A DNA stretch of 33,812 nt from Chthoniobacteraceae bacterium (GTDB lineage: Bacteria > Verrucomicrobiota > Verrucomicrobiia > Chthoniobacterales > Chthoniobacteraceae), in the NCBI GenBank assembly GCA_031409335.1, contig JANNWY010000252.1, forward strand, positions 1-33,812, given 5' to 3'. Position numbers and translations under genes: made by a program. This document shows, piece after piece, positions 25,712-33,812 of the stretch (its first letter is position 1; every line of letters begins with the position of its first letter). The notes beneath the pieces are model-generated. The model did not search any database. It was not told where the DNA came from and was given only the letters and a program-made list of their open reading frames with translations.

Positions 25712-27571
25712 TTAGTGCGTCACCTTCACGCGCAGATAGCGCGAAGCGGTCGTGGGCGAAATGTCCACGGTGTCGCGCACTTCCACGGTCTTGAGTCCGG
25801 GCGTCGCGTCATCGCCGCCGACGTAGCCGGGGCCGGTGGTGACGCCGCCGAGCGTGCTCGCGGCCACGGTCGTCCACGGGCCGGCGGGGCTGTCGGCGGC
25901 TTGCACTTCGAGCGTCACGTCGTTGCGCGCCGGGTCGCGCGTGAAGAACATCCGCAGCCGTTCGCCTTCGGCGTAAAGGTGGCGCTCGGCGGGCGGCGGC
26001 AGGCTCGGCGCGGTGGGAGAAAGGTTCAGCGCGTATTCGGCGAGGTGGACGAGGCCGTCGAAGTCGGTGTCGCCGAGGTCGGGGGCGTTGGCGTCGCCGA
26101 GCTGAGCGAGCTTCCATTGCGGGAACGGTAACGGGAAAGTGGTCACCTGCTCGATCAGCCCTGAACTGCCGTTATTGTAGCCGTTCGCCACACGACCGCG
26201 GGCACGAAGTGAGCCTCCAGCCGGGAGATCCAGGCCGGTGAGTTCCCAACCACCGGCGATCCGCGTGCCAGTGCCGAGAAGAGTCCAAATGCTCCCGCCA
26301 TTGGTGGACAGGTCGAAGGTAACTTGCGAAACCTCTGGCCCTGCTCCGCCACGCAGCCATTGTACCCGGGTCGCGTCAGGCGCACTTAGGCTTTGTATCG
26401 CGGCGTCGTTATTCAAACGGGCGATGTCGTTGCGCAGCGTGCCGTTGATCTGGTTGAAGTAGCCACCCAGCACGATCTTTCCGTCGGCCTGCACTCCCAC
26501 ACCATAGATGCCCAAGTCTGAACCAGTCCCGGGATTAAACGTGGTCGTGCCCTCAAGAGTGCCATCGGCATTGAGCCTCGCGATGCGGTTGCGTACCATA
26601 CCGTTCCACTCAGTGAATTCCCCGCCGAGCACGATTTTCCCGTCGGCCTGTACCCCAACACTATAGATTACGTTGTTCGGACCAATTCCTGGATTGAAGG
26701 TTACGGTGCTCTCAAGACTCCCGTTCACATTGAGAAGGGCGATCTTGTTGCGTGTCGTACCGTTAATCTGGTTGAATTGACCACCAAGCAAGATCTTCCC
26801 GTCCGCCTTCACCGCCACGGTGCGGACTTCATTATCCGCGCCCGAGCCGGGATTGAAGGTGGCTGTGCTTTCAAGACTGCCGTCCGCATTAAGCCGGGCG
26901 ATGTAGCTGCGCCGTGAGTTGTTGATCTCTGTGAAGCGACCGCCGAGCAGAATCTTCCCGTTCGCCTGCAATGCCACGCTATAGACGGAGTCATTTGCGC
27001 CTGAGCCGGGATTGAAGGTAGCCGTGCTCTCAAGGCTGCCGTTCGCGTTGAGCCGGGCGATATAATTGTTCCCCGTGCCGTTGAACACGAAGAAGGCACC
27101 GCCGATCACGATCTTCCGGTCGGGCTGTACTGCTACGCTAAAGACAGTTCTGTTCGCGTTGGTGCCGGGATTGAAGGTAGCCGTGCTCTCAAGACTGCCA
27201 TCGGCATTCAGACGGGCGATGAAATTGCGCGGCTGGCCGTTGATAAAGGTGAAGTTGCCGCCGAGCAGAATTTTTCCATCCGCCTGCACCGCGACACTGT
27301 AGACGTAGCCATTCGAAGTCGCGTTGAAGGTCGCATCCACGCTTCCATCCACATTGAGCCGCGCCAGATTTGCGTGCGTAGCGCCGCCAACTTTGGGGAA
27401 AAGTCCCCCAATGATCATCCGACCATCCGGTTGTGTCGCCAAGGCATGCACGCTGCCGTAGGTAACGTTGGGATCATAGCTGACATCTAGCGTCCCCACC
27501 GATTGTGCGCGCAGCGGGACGGCGAGAGCAAATACGCAAACCACCATGAGCGGGAGTAAGTTTGTTTTCAT
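25712..27571 (-). CDS. Secreted delta-60-repeat (DUF5122) beta-propeller protein
   Basis: Signal peptide; seven ~53-aa 'TFNPG...V.SVAVQ.DGKILLGG.F...IARLN.DG' units with 159-bp DNA periodicity; C-terminal 'DTDFDG...EYAL' module. Confidence 0.9.
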   Translation of the reverse strand: MKTNLLPLMVVCVFALAVPLRAQSVGTLDVSYDPNVTYGSVHALATQPDGRMIIGGLFPKVGGATHANLARLNVDGSVDATFNATSNGYVYSVAVQADGKILLGGNFTFINGQPRNFIARLNADGSLESTATFNPGTNANRTVFSVAVQPDRKIVIGGAFFVFNGTGNNYIARLNANGSLESTATFNPGSGANDSVYSVALQANGKILLGGRFTEINNSRRSYIARLNADGSLESTATFNPGSGADNEVRTVAVKADGKILLGGQFNQINGTTRNKIALLNVNGSLESTVTFNPGIGPNNVIYSVGVQADGKIVLGGEFTEWNGMVRNRIARLNADGTLEGTTTFNPGTGSDLGIYGVGVQADGKIVLGGYFNQINGTLRNDIARLNNDAAIQSLSAPDATRVQWLRGGAGPEVSQVTFDLSTNGGSIWTLLGTGTRIAGGWELTGLDLPAGGSLRARGRVANGYNNGSSGLIEQVTTFPLPFPQWKLAQLGDANAPDLGDTDFDGLVHLAEYALNLSPTAPSLPPPAERHLYAEGERLRMFFTRDPARNDVTLEVQAADSPAGPWTTVAASTLGGVTTGPGYVGGDDATPGLKTVEVRDTVDISPTTASRYLRVKVTH

Positions 27572-27700
27572 GGGGAGATCGGCGGCGGCGGACGCAGGGC
27601 GCAGACGCCGGAGATTCCATCGGACAAATCAATCCGTCAATGGTTCGCTGCCGTCTGGCGACTTATATTGAAGGGGGTAAATGGTTCCCCTCTTTTCCCG

Positions 27701-29158
27701 TCAGGCAATCAAATCGCGGATGATCTTCCCATGCACATCCGTGAGCCGGAAATCGCGGCCTGCGTAGTGATACGTGAATTTCTCGTGATCGAAGCCGAGG
27801 AGCGCGAGGAGCGTGGCGTGGAGGTCGTGGACGTGGACTGGGTTTGTCGCGGCTTTGAAGCCGAAGTCGTCGGTGCTGCCATAGACGGTGCCGCCTTTCA
27901 CGCCGCCTCCGGCGAGCCACATCGTGAAGCCGTGGTTGTTGTGATCGCGTCCGTTGATTTTGCCCTGATTCGAGCCGGGCGTGGGCATTTCGACCGTCGG
28001 AGTGCGTCCGAATTCGCCGCCCCAGATGACGAGCGTTTCTTCGAGCATTCCGCGCTGTTTCAGATCTTTCAAAAGCGCGCCGATGGCCTGGTCGCATTCG
28101 CCCGCGAGGCGGCGGTGGTTGACTTCGATGTCGTCGTGGCTGTCCCACGGCTGTCCTTCGCCGTGCCAGACTTGGATGAAGCGGACGCCGCGTTCGGCGA
28201 GGCGGCGGGCGATGAGGATTTGGCGGGCCTGCGTGCCGGGACCGTAGGCGTCGCGGATGTGCTGAGGCTCCTGGGTGATGTCGAAGGCGTCGGCGGCGTC
28301 CATCTGCATGCGGTAGCCGAGTTCGAAGGACTGGATGCGCGATTCGAGTTGCGCGTCGTTTTGGCGGCGGCGCTGGTGTTCGACGTTCAGCGTGCGGAGA
28401 AGATCGAGCTGCTCGCGTTGTTCGCGGCTGCTGACGCTGGTGTTGCGGATGTTCTCGATGAGCTTGTCGATCGCGGTGTGCTTGGTGTCGATGTAGGTGC
28501 CTTGATAGACGCCGGGGAGAAAGCCGGACTGCCAGTTCTGCGATTCCTGGATCGGGTAGCCGCCGGGACACATGGCGATGAAGCCGGGCATGTTTTGATT
28601 CAGGCTGCCGAGCCCGTACGTGACCCACGAACCAAAGCTGGGCCTGATCTGGCGGGCTTCGCCGCAATTCATCAGCAGCAACGATGGCTCATGATTTGGC
28701 ACATCGGCGCGCATGGAGCGGATGACGCAGATGTCGTCGATCGACTCCGCGGTTTTCGCGAAAAGCTCGCTGACCTCGATACCGCTCTGGCCGTATTTTT
28801 TGAAAGTGAACGGTGATTTGTAGGCGCTGCCGGTTTTCCGTTCGGTGGCGAAATGGATCGGGATTTCCTTGCCGTGAAATTTCGTCAGCTCGGGCTTGGG
28901 ATCGAACGTGTCCACGTGCGATGGCCCGCCGTTCATGAAGAGCTGGATGACGCGTTTCACTTTCGAGGGAAACTGCGGCGGCTTGACCGTGAGCGGATTC
29001 ACCGTGCCGGCTTCGCCAGCGCGTGCGGAGAAGATGCCCGTCTCACCCATGATCGTGCCGAGCGCGAGCGCACCCATGCCCATGCCGCAGCGGTGCAGAA
29101 AGTCGCGTCGCGTGAAGAAACGGTCTTCGGCGCGCGGTGAATGGGAATGCTCGGACAT
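27701..29158 (-). CDS. DUF1501 family protein with Tat-like signal
   Basis: TRRDFL, LFMNGGPSHVDTFDPKP, ARRLAERGVRF, WDSH, WGGEFGRTP, GRDHN. Confidence 0.92.
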   Translation of the reverse strand: MSEHSHSPRAEDRFFTRRDFLHRCGMGMGALALGTIMGETGIFSARAGEAGTVNPLTVKPPQFPSKVKRVIQLFMNGGPSHVDTFDPKPELTKFHGKEIPIHFATERKTGSAYKSPFTFKKYGQSGIEVSELFAKTAESIDDICVIRSMRADVPNHEPSLLLMNCGEARQIRPSFGSWVTYGLGSLNQNMPGFIAMCPGGYPIQESQNWQSGFLPGVYQGTYIDTKHTAIDKLIENIRNTSVSSREQREQLDLLRTLNVEHQRRRQNDAQLESRIQSFELGYRMQMDAADAFDITQEPQHIRDAYGPGTQARQILIARRLAERGVRFIQVWHGEGQPWDSHDDIEVNHRRLAGECDQAIGALLKDLKQRGMLEETLVIWGGEFGRTPTVEMPTPGSNQGKINGRDHNNHGFTMWLAGGGVKGGTVYGSTDDFGFKAATNPVHVHDLHATLLALLGFDHEKFTYHYAGRDFRLTDVHGKIIRDLIA

Positions 29159-29214
29159 GGCGTAAATTGTTACGCCAATATCAAGCCCGGCGATGCCGCA
29201 ATCTTAGCGCGCGC

Positions 29215-29293
29215 AAAGTAGGCGAGGTTTGCAACCTCGCGCGGACGAGCGTTGGCGATGCGGCAGCGAGAGGTTGCAAACCTCGCCTACTTT
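29215..29293. repeat. GTAG-family REP doublet, family B
   Basis: AAAGTAGGCGAGGTTTGCAACCTCGC ... GAGGTTGCAAACCTCGCCTACTTT: a GTAG tetranucleotide plus internal palindrome, arranged as an inverted pair. Confidence 0.88.
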
Positions 29294-29672
29294 AGCGCCG
29301 TCTCCGCGCCGAGAATGCGCGCGGCCTGATCGGCGTCGCGGTCCGTTCGCAGATCGGCGCGGCGTCATTCAGCAGGCGCTGCCAGTGGCGGTCGATCGTT
29401 TCCGCCGCGGGATGCACGCCATCGGCAACGACGACGTGGCCGCCGGTCCAGCCGAGCATTTCAAACAGCGCGGCTTCCCCGGTGAGCTCGCCGATTTCCG
29501 CGTGAACCACCTGCCCGCGTGAAAAATAGATGCGCCCGCATTTTCCCTCGCTCGCGACCTGCACCGCGCGGGTGGCCTGGACGGTGCATTCCATCTGGAT
29601 CAAATCGACCAGCGAGGCGCTGCCGAAAGTTCCGGTGAAGGTCGGTGACAGATTGACGGTTGCGGTTTGCAT
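29292..29672 (-). CDS. DUF4388 (PatA-N-like) domain protein
   Basis: F.G......LVDLIQM...GRIYFSRGQVVHAE.GELTGEAALFEMLGW..G. Confidence 0.8.
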   Translation of the reverse strand: MQTATVNLSPTFTGTFGSASLVDLIQMECTVQATRAVQVASEGKCGRIYFSRGQVVHAEIGELTGEAALFEMLGWTGGHVVVADGVHPAAETIDRHWQRLLNDAAPICERTATPIRPRAFSARRRR

Positions 29673-29918
29673 GAATGTTTTGGCCCAAGTCGGATTTCGT
29701 GTGCTTCCGCGCAGGCTCATGTCGATGTGCGCTGCGCGTCCGCTCCCGGATGCCGATGACATTAGCAAGGGTGATGCCGTGGCCTGGCGTCATCCACCGC
29801 GCGGCGGCAGTATTTACAGTTGCGCGATTGATTATGGAAAATCACGGCTCTCCGGCACGCGGCTCGCTTCCCCTCCGAGCCACGGACGCGGTCGAATGCG
29901 GACGCATCCCTAACGAAC

Positions 29919-30533
29919 ATGATATCATCGCCACCGCCACCACCTGCCGCGCACGCTCAGCCGTTCAGTCCGCTGACGAATCCGAATCTGAGCGCCACGC
30001 TGCGTCTCGAGTACGATGCGCTGGTGAGCGACATGCGCCGGGCGGAGGAATTGTGCGCGGAGTTTCAGCGCCAGCTCGCCGGGAAGGCGAATGAGGTCAA
30101 TGAATTCAAGGATCTGTTTGCGAAGACGCAGAGCGATCTCTTTCAACTGCAGGACAGCATCATCGAACTGCGCGAGGAGCGGCACCGCCTGGCAAATGAA
30201 GCGATGCGCGCCGCGGCGCTGGCGCGAAAACTCGCGCAAGTGACTGCCGAGCGCGATGGCTTGATTGCCGAGCTGGAGCTGGCCAAACAACCCGCGCCCG
30301 CGCCACTCGCCGTCACCGAAGCGGCCCCGCAGGCTGAAGAAGAATCGGGTGTGAAAGCCGTGGTGTCCGACATGTGGCGGACGCTGGAGCGGCTCCAGAC
30401 GATCCTCGATTCGGAAGCGATTTGCGGGGAAAAATCGTGGAGCCCCGGCGGCAACGAGCGCCACCACAACGCGCCGCTTTTGCCACAAGCGCTCACCGCT
30501 TCACCCGCGCCTGCACAAACCGCGCGGACCTGA
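29919..30533 (+). CDS. Hypothetical coiled-coil protein
   Basis: Long heptad-rich E/L/A/Q segment; host-like codon usage. Confidence 0.65.
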   Translation: MISSPPPPPAAHAQPFSPLTNPNLSATLRLEYDALVSDMRRAEELCAEFQRQLAGKANEVNEFKDLFAKTQSDLFQLQDSIIELREERHRLANEAMRAAALARKLAQVTAERDGLIAELELAKQPAPAPLAVTEAAPQAEEESGVKAVVSDMWRTLERLQTILDSEAICGEKSWSPGGNERHHNAPLLPQALTASPAPAQTART

Positions 30534-31239
30534 AAAGCCAGCGCATCATCTCGTTGCCGGCCTGATACGGATAGGTCGTCAGCCACCGCCGCGAGGAACG
30601 CGCCTTGCCGGTCTTGCCAGTCTGGATCGACGAGCGAAAACCTGCCTCGGTCTGCGAGCACGGGAACGGGAGAATGTACGCGCCCTTGAGCCCGAAGCAC
30701 CATTCGCGATCGACCGCGTGATCGAACGGCAGCCACATCGGCAGCAGCCCCGCGACGAACGCCCGCGCCGCCGCGCGATCGACCACGTAAGCGCCCGCGC
30801 CTTTCACCCGAGCGAGGCTGATGCACAGCCGAAAATCGCCCGGCAGCGTGCCCACCGTGAGCGGCTGGCCCGTGCCCAGCCCGGAAACGCGAAGCACGTT
30901 CCAATGTCGCGCGTGATCCAGCGCGCTCTCGATTGCCGCGCGAAAATCCGGGCCGGGCACGATGTCGTCCTCGCAGATCAGGCCATGCGTGTCAGCCGTT
31001 TCGAGAAATGCGCGCATCGCCGCGACGTGGCTGAGGTAGCAGCCGATTTCGCGCGGATTCGTAGCGCGCCCGTGGCGGCGGCGGAAGCGCGTTTCGTGAA
31101 ATTCGGGGATCGGCAATCGCAGCGCCGCGCCATCCACGGCGGGGACGCGGACGACGGGGATTTGCGCCTGCGCAAAACGCGCGGTGATCGCGTTCCAACG
31201 ATCCGCCGCGGAATCGAGATTCAGGATGAACGCCTTCAA
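30493..31239 (-). CDS. Glycosyltransferase family 25
   Basis: TTG start overlapping the MFS stop; ILNLD...DRW, PAVDG, EIGCYLSH, ICEDD, AYVV....A. Confidence 0.88.
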   Translation of the reverse strand: MKAFILNLDSAADRWNAITARFAQAQIPVVRVPAVDGAALRLPIPEFHETRFRRRHGRATNPREIGCYLSHVAAMRAFLETADTHGLICEDDIVPGPDFRAAIESALDHARHWNVLRVSGLGTGQPLTVGTLPGDFRLCISLARVKGAGAYVVDRAAARAFVAGLLPMWLPFDHAVDREWCFGLKGAYILPFPCSQTEAGFRSSIQTGKTGKARSSRRWLTTYPYQAGNEMMRWLFRSARFVQARVKR

Positions 31240-32525
31240 GCCAGGTCGTCGGATGGTTCGGAAAGAAAAAAGGAAACCGTGATCGCGATGACGAGCAGGA
31301 AGCTGGCGTAAAAGAGCGCGTGGCGGAAATCGCCGACCTTCGCAAACAGCCCGAAGAACACCGTGCCCGCCGCGGCGGCGATGCGCCCGATATTGTAGCA
31401 AAAGCCCGCGCCGGTCGTGCGCAGGAGCGTGGGAAAGAGCGGCGGCAGATACATCGTGAAAAGTCCAAACACGCCGGAGAAAAAGCCGACCGCGGGAAAC
31501 CAAAAATACGCGAGCGCCTGCCAGCCGTGCGGCACGATGAACGCGCCCTGCATCGCGAGGAAAAGCCCGGCGAACATCGCCATCAGGGCGCGCCGGTAGC
31601 CAAACGTCCGCGCCAGCCAGCCGGCGAAAAAGTTGCCTACAATCGACACGCCGATGATGAGGAAGAATGCCTTGCTCACGAGCTGCTCCCGCGCCGGCAC
31701 CGCCCACGCCGCGAGTTCCGGGAGATTCCGCAGATGCTGCGCGTGCCAAAACATGAACGCCCACCACGCCGAGAGCGCCGCGCCGCAGACGCAGATCGTC
31801 AGCAGCGTCGTGCGCAGGATTTCCGGGCCAAACAAATCGCGCATTCGCGGTTCGCGATCCTTCGCGGCCGCTTTCGCCGCGCGCCATTCATCAGGCTCCG
31901 GCACGTTTCGCCGAATCCAAAAAACCAGGAACGCCGGGAGCACTCCCGCGAGGAAAACCCAGCGCGGATCGTAGGTCTGATTCGTTCGGGAAAAAAACTC
32001 GGCCACACCCCAGACAGTCACGCACGCGAAGAGCACGCCGATATTCACGCCCGTCTGCAACACCGCGGCGATCCAGGGACGCCACGTTTTCGGCCACGTC
32101 TCCGACAGCAGCGCGGAGCCCACGGCCCATTCGCCGCCGATGCCGAGCGCGGCGAGAAAGCGGAAGATCAGCAACTGCCACCACGTCTGCGCGAAGAATG
32201 AAAGCCCGGTGAAAGTCGCATACATCAGGATCGTGAGACTGAGCGCGCGACTGCGCCCAAGCCAGTCCCCCACCCTGCCAAAAAATCCGCCACCGAGCGC
32301 CCAGCCAACGAGAAACGCCGCCTGAATCCACGAGCTTTTCTCTTTCACGAGCGGATCGGAATTGCTCGCGACCTGCAAAAGCTGCGCGACAAACGGCGCG
32401 GCAACCAGCGTGTAAAGATGCATGTCGAGCCCGTCGAAAAGCCAGCCGAGCCACGCGGCGATGCCGGATTTCCACTGGCGTGGTGAAAGATCGCGGAGGG
32501 TTTGCGCTTCGGTGGGGGTCTGCAT
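31236..32525 (-). CDS. MFS transporter (SHS/NanT-like)
   Basis: WLGWLFDGLD, GRVGDWLGR, LGIGGEW...LLSETWP, LFPT.LRTTG.GFCYNIGR; about 12 hydrophobic segments. Confidence 0.9.
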   Translation of the reverse strand: MQTPTEAQTLRDLSPRQWKSGIAAWLGWLFDGLDMHLYTLVAAPFVAQLLQVASNSDPLVKEKSSWIQAAFLVGWALGGGFFGRVGDWLGRSRALSLTILMYATFTGLSFFAQTWWQLLIFRFLAALGIGGEWAVGSALLSETWPKTWRPWIAAVLQTGVNIGVLFACVTVWGVAEFFSRTNQTYDPRWVFLAGVLPAFLVFWIRRNVPEPDEWRAAKAAAKDREPRMRDLFGPEILRTTLLTICVCGAALSAWWAFMFWHAQHLRNLPELAAWAVPAREQLVSKAFFLIIGVSIVGNFFAGWLARTFGYRRALMAMFAGLFLAMQGAFIVPHGWQALAYFWFPAVGFFSGVFGLFTMYLPPLFPTLLRTTGAGFCYNIGRIAAAAGTVFFGLFAKVGDFRHALFYASFLLVIAITVSFFLSEPSDDLA

Positions 32526-32567
32526 TTGCGTGGTTCTACGCGATGCGGGCCGCGCGCGTCACGCCGC

Positions 32568-32596
32568 TTGTCGCCGCCGCGTCTTCATCTTAGCTT
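32568..32596 (+). promoter_or_regulatory. Putative thrS promoter
   Basis: TTGTCG-N17-TAGCTT, 13 nt before the ATG. Confidence 0.45.
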
Positions 32597-32609
32597 CGCG
32601 ACCCATTTT

Positions 32610-33812
32610 ATGTCCGACGAACGCCAGACCCTCGATCAACGCCACCAGATGACCGACCTCGAACGGCTCCGCCACAGCGCGGCGCATGTGCTGGCCACGG
32701 CGATCCTCCGCATCTGGCCCGAAGCGCAATTCGCCGCCGGGCCGCCGGTGGAGAATGGGTTTTATTACGACCTCGACATGCCGCACCGCATCTCGACCGA
32801 CGATTTCGCGAAGATCGAGGAGGAGATGAAAAAGGAGATCAAGGCCAACCACGTTTTCGAGAAAACCATCGTCTCGCGGGAGGAAGCCATCGCGCTCGCG
32901 GAAAGCGGGCGGCTCGGCGGGCTGGGCGAGCGGCCGGGTAATGTCTCGAAGTTTAAGATCGGGAATTTGCAGGACATCCCCGAGGGCGAAGCCATCTCGC
33001 TGTTTAAGAACGGCGACTTCCTCGATCTCTGCGCCGGGCCGCACGTCATGCGCACGGGGAATATCGGCGCGTTCCGGCTGACCCATGTCGCGAGCGCCTA
33101 CTACAAGGGCGACGAAAAGAACCCGCAGCTCCAGCGCATCTACGGCACGGCCTTTAAGAACAAGACGGAGATGGAGGCTTACTTCACGATGCTGGAGGAG
33201 GCGAAAAAGCGCGATCACCGCAAGCTCGGCAAGGAGCTGGAGTTATTCTGCTTCGACGACGACGTTGGCCCCGGACTCCCGCTCTGGCTCCCGCGCGGTA
33301 CGGTGTTGATCGAGGAGCTGGAGAAGTTAGCTAAAGAAACTGAGTTCGCTGGCGGCTATGATCGTGTTAGGACGCCGCACTTAGCGCGGGAGAACATGTA
33401 TCTAACTAGCGGGCACTTGCCTTATTACGCGGAGTCGATGTTCCCGCCGATGCAGATGAAGCTTGATGTAGAAGAAGAGCGCCAACTGAGTAGGATAGAT
33501 GCAGAAATCGAGGCAGGGTCGAAACAGCTAAAGGATTGGGAATTGATTTTCTCCACAATGAAGATGGAGGAAGCTGCGCAAGAACATCGGGATCGTCGGG
33601 ATCGCTTAGAGAATCTGAAGGTCCAAGCGGCAGCGCACAGAAGCAAGAGGGATGAGATACTTGCTCGAAATCGCTACTACCTCAAAGCCATGAACTGCCC
33701 GCACCACCACAAGCTCTTCGGAGCGGTGCCGCGCAGTTATCGCGACTTACCCCTTCGCCTCGCCGAGTACGGGACGTGTTATCGCTACGAGCAGAGCGGC
33801 GAACTCTTCGGC
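32610..33812 (+). CDS. thrS: Threonine--tRNA ligase (partial, runs off window)
   Basis: Own translation: LRHSAAHVLA, GFYYD, DLCAGPHV, LQRIYGTAF, KRDHRKLG, SGHL..Y...MF, LKAMNCPHH, SYRDLPLRLAEYG.CYRYEQSG. Confidence 0.97.
   Translation, partial: MSDERQTLDQRHQMTDLERLRHSAAHVLATAILRIWPEAQFAAGPPVENGFYYDLDMPHRISTDDFAKIEEEMKKEIKANHVFEKTIVSREEAIALAESGRLGGLGERPGNVSKFKIGNLQDIPEGEAISLFKNGDFLDLCAGPHVMRTGNIGAFRLTHVASAYYKGDEKNPQLQRIYGTAFKNKTEMEAYFTMLEEAKKRDHRKLGKELELFCFDDDVGPGLPLWLPRGTVLIEELEKLAKETEFAGGYDRVRTPHLARENMYLTSGHLPYYAESMFPPMQMKLDVEEERQLSRIDAEIEAGSKQLKDWELIFSTMKMEEAAQEHRDRRDRLENLKVQAAAHRSKRDEILARNRYYLKAMNCPHHHKLFGAVPRSYRDLPLRLAEYGTCYRYEQSGELFG

Noticed and set aside
26400..27500. DGR template/variable repeats or CRISPR-like periodicity
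   Set aside because: The 159-bp periodicity is protein-coding propeller blades, differences are not adenine-specific, and no reverse transcriptase is present.
30493..31887. 464-aa ORF as a fused protein
   Set aside because: Its first 216 codons overlap the MFS gene in another frame. GT25 homology starts at TTG 31239.
32526..32609. T-box or other leader upstream of thrS
   Set aside because: The divergent intergenic region is only 84 bp and has no T-box motif.
33453..33674. Intein or intron in thrS
   Set aside because: Too short, no C/S...HN-C/S/T splice motifs, and the frame stays open with a helical composition.

Overview
High-GC bacterial chromosomal window, most likely Verrucomicrobiota (inferred from the PSD1/DUF1501, CotH, delta-60 and PQQ-propeller gene content and the cas1 type). 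Positions ~7.1-33.8 kb are mostly ordinary housekeeping and envelope genes: lipid kinase, AsmA, rsmD, two CotH kinases, a planctomycete-type cytochrome c, yebC, speA, tRNA-Phe, DUF1501, GT25, MFS and thrS, with three REP doublets. The first ~6.9 kb (all minus strand) is a dismantled type II CRISPR-Cas locus reused as a defence slot. In transcription order it holds: a 19-codon Cas9 RuvC-I stub; a Type ISP restriction-modification gene whose middle is replaced by a lower-GC m5C methyltransferase plus an unfamiliar nuclease; a dual-coded (overlapping-frame) Fic/Doc-like module; a 60-bp duplicate of the cas1 start; a small CxxCKP ORF and a RelE-type TA pair; an intact cas1; and a cas2 start cut by an IS256-family element in frame with its transposase. 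Three of the cassettes begin with the same KTGCCA-N30-ATG leaderless-type promoter. thrS also carries a ~68-aa in-frame helical insert with atypical codons. No CRISPR array lies in the window. All assignments are by motif recognition; no database search was run.
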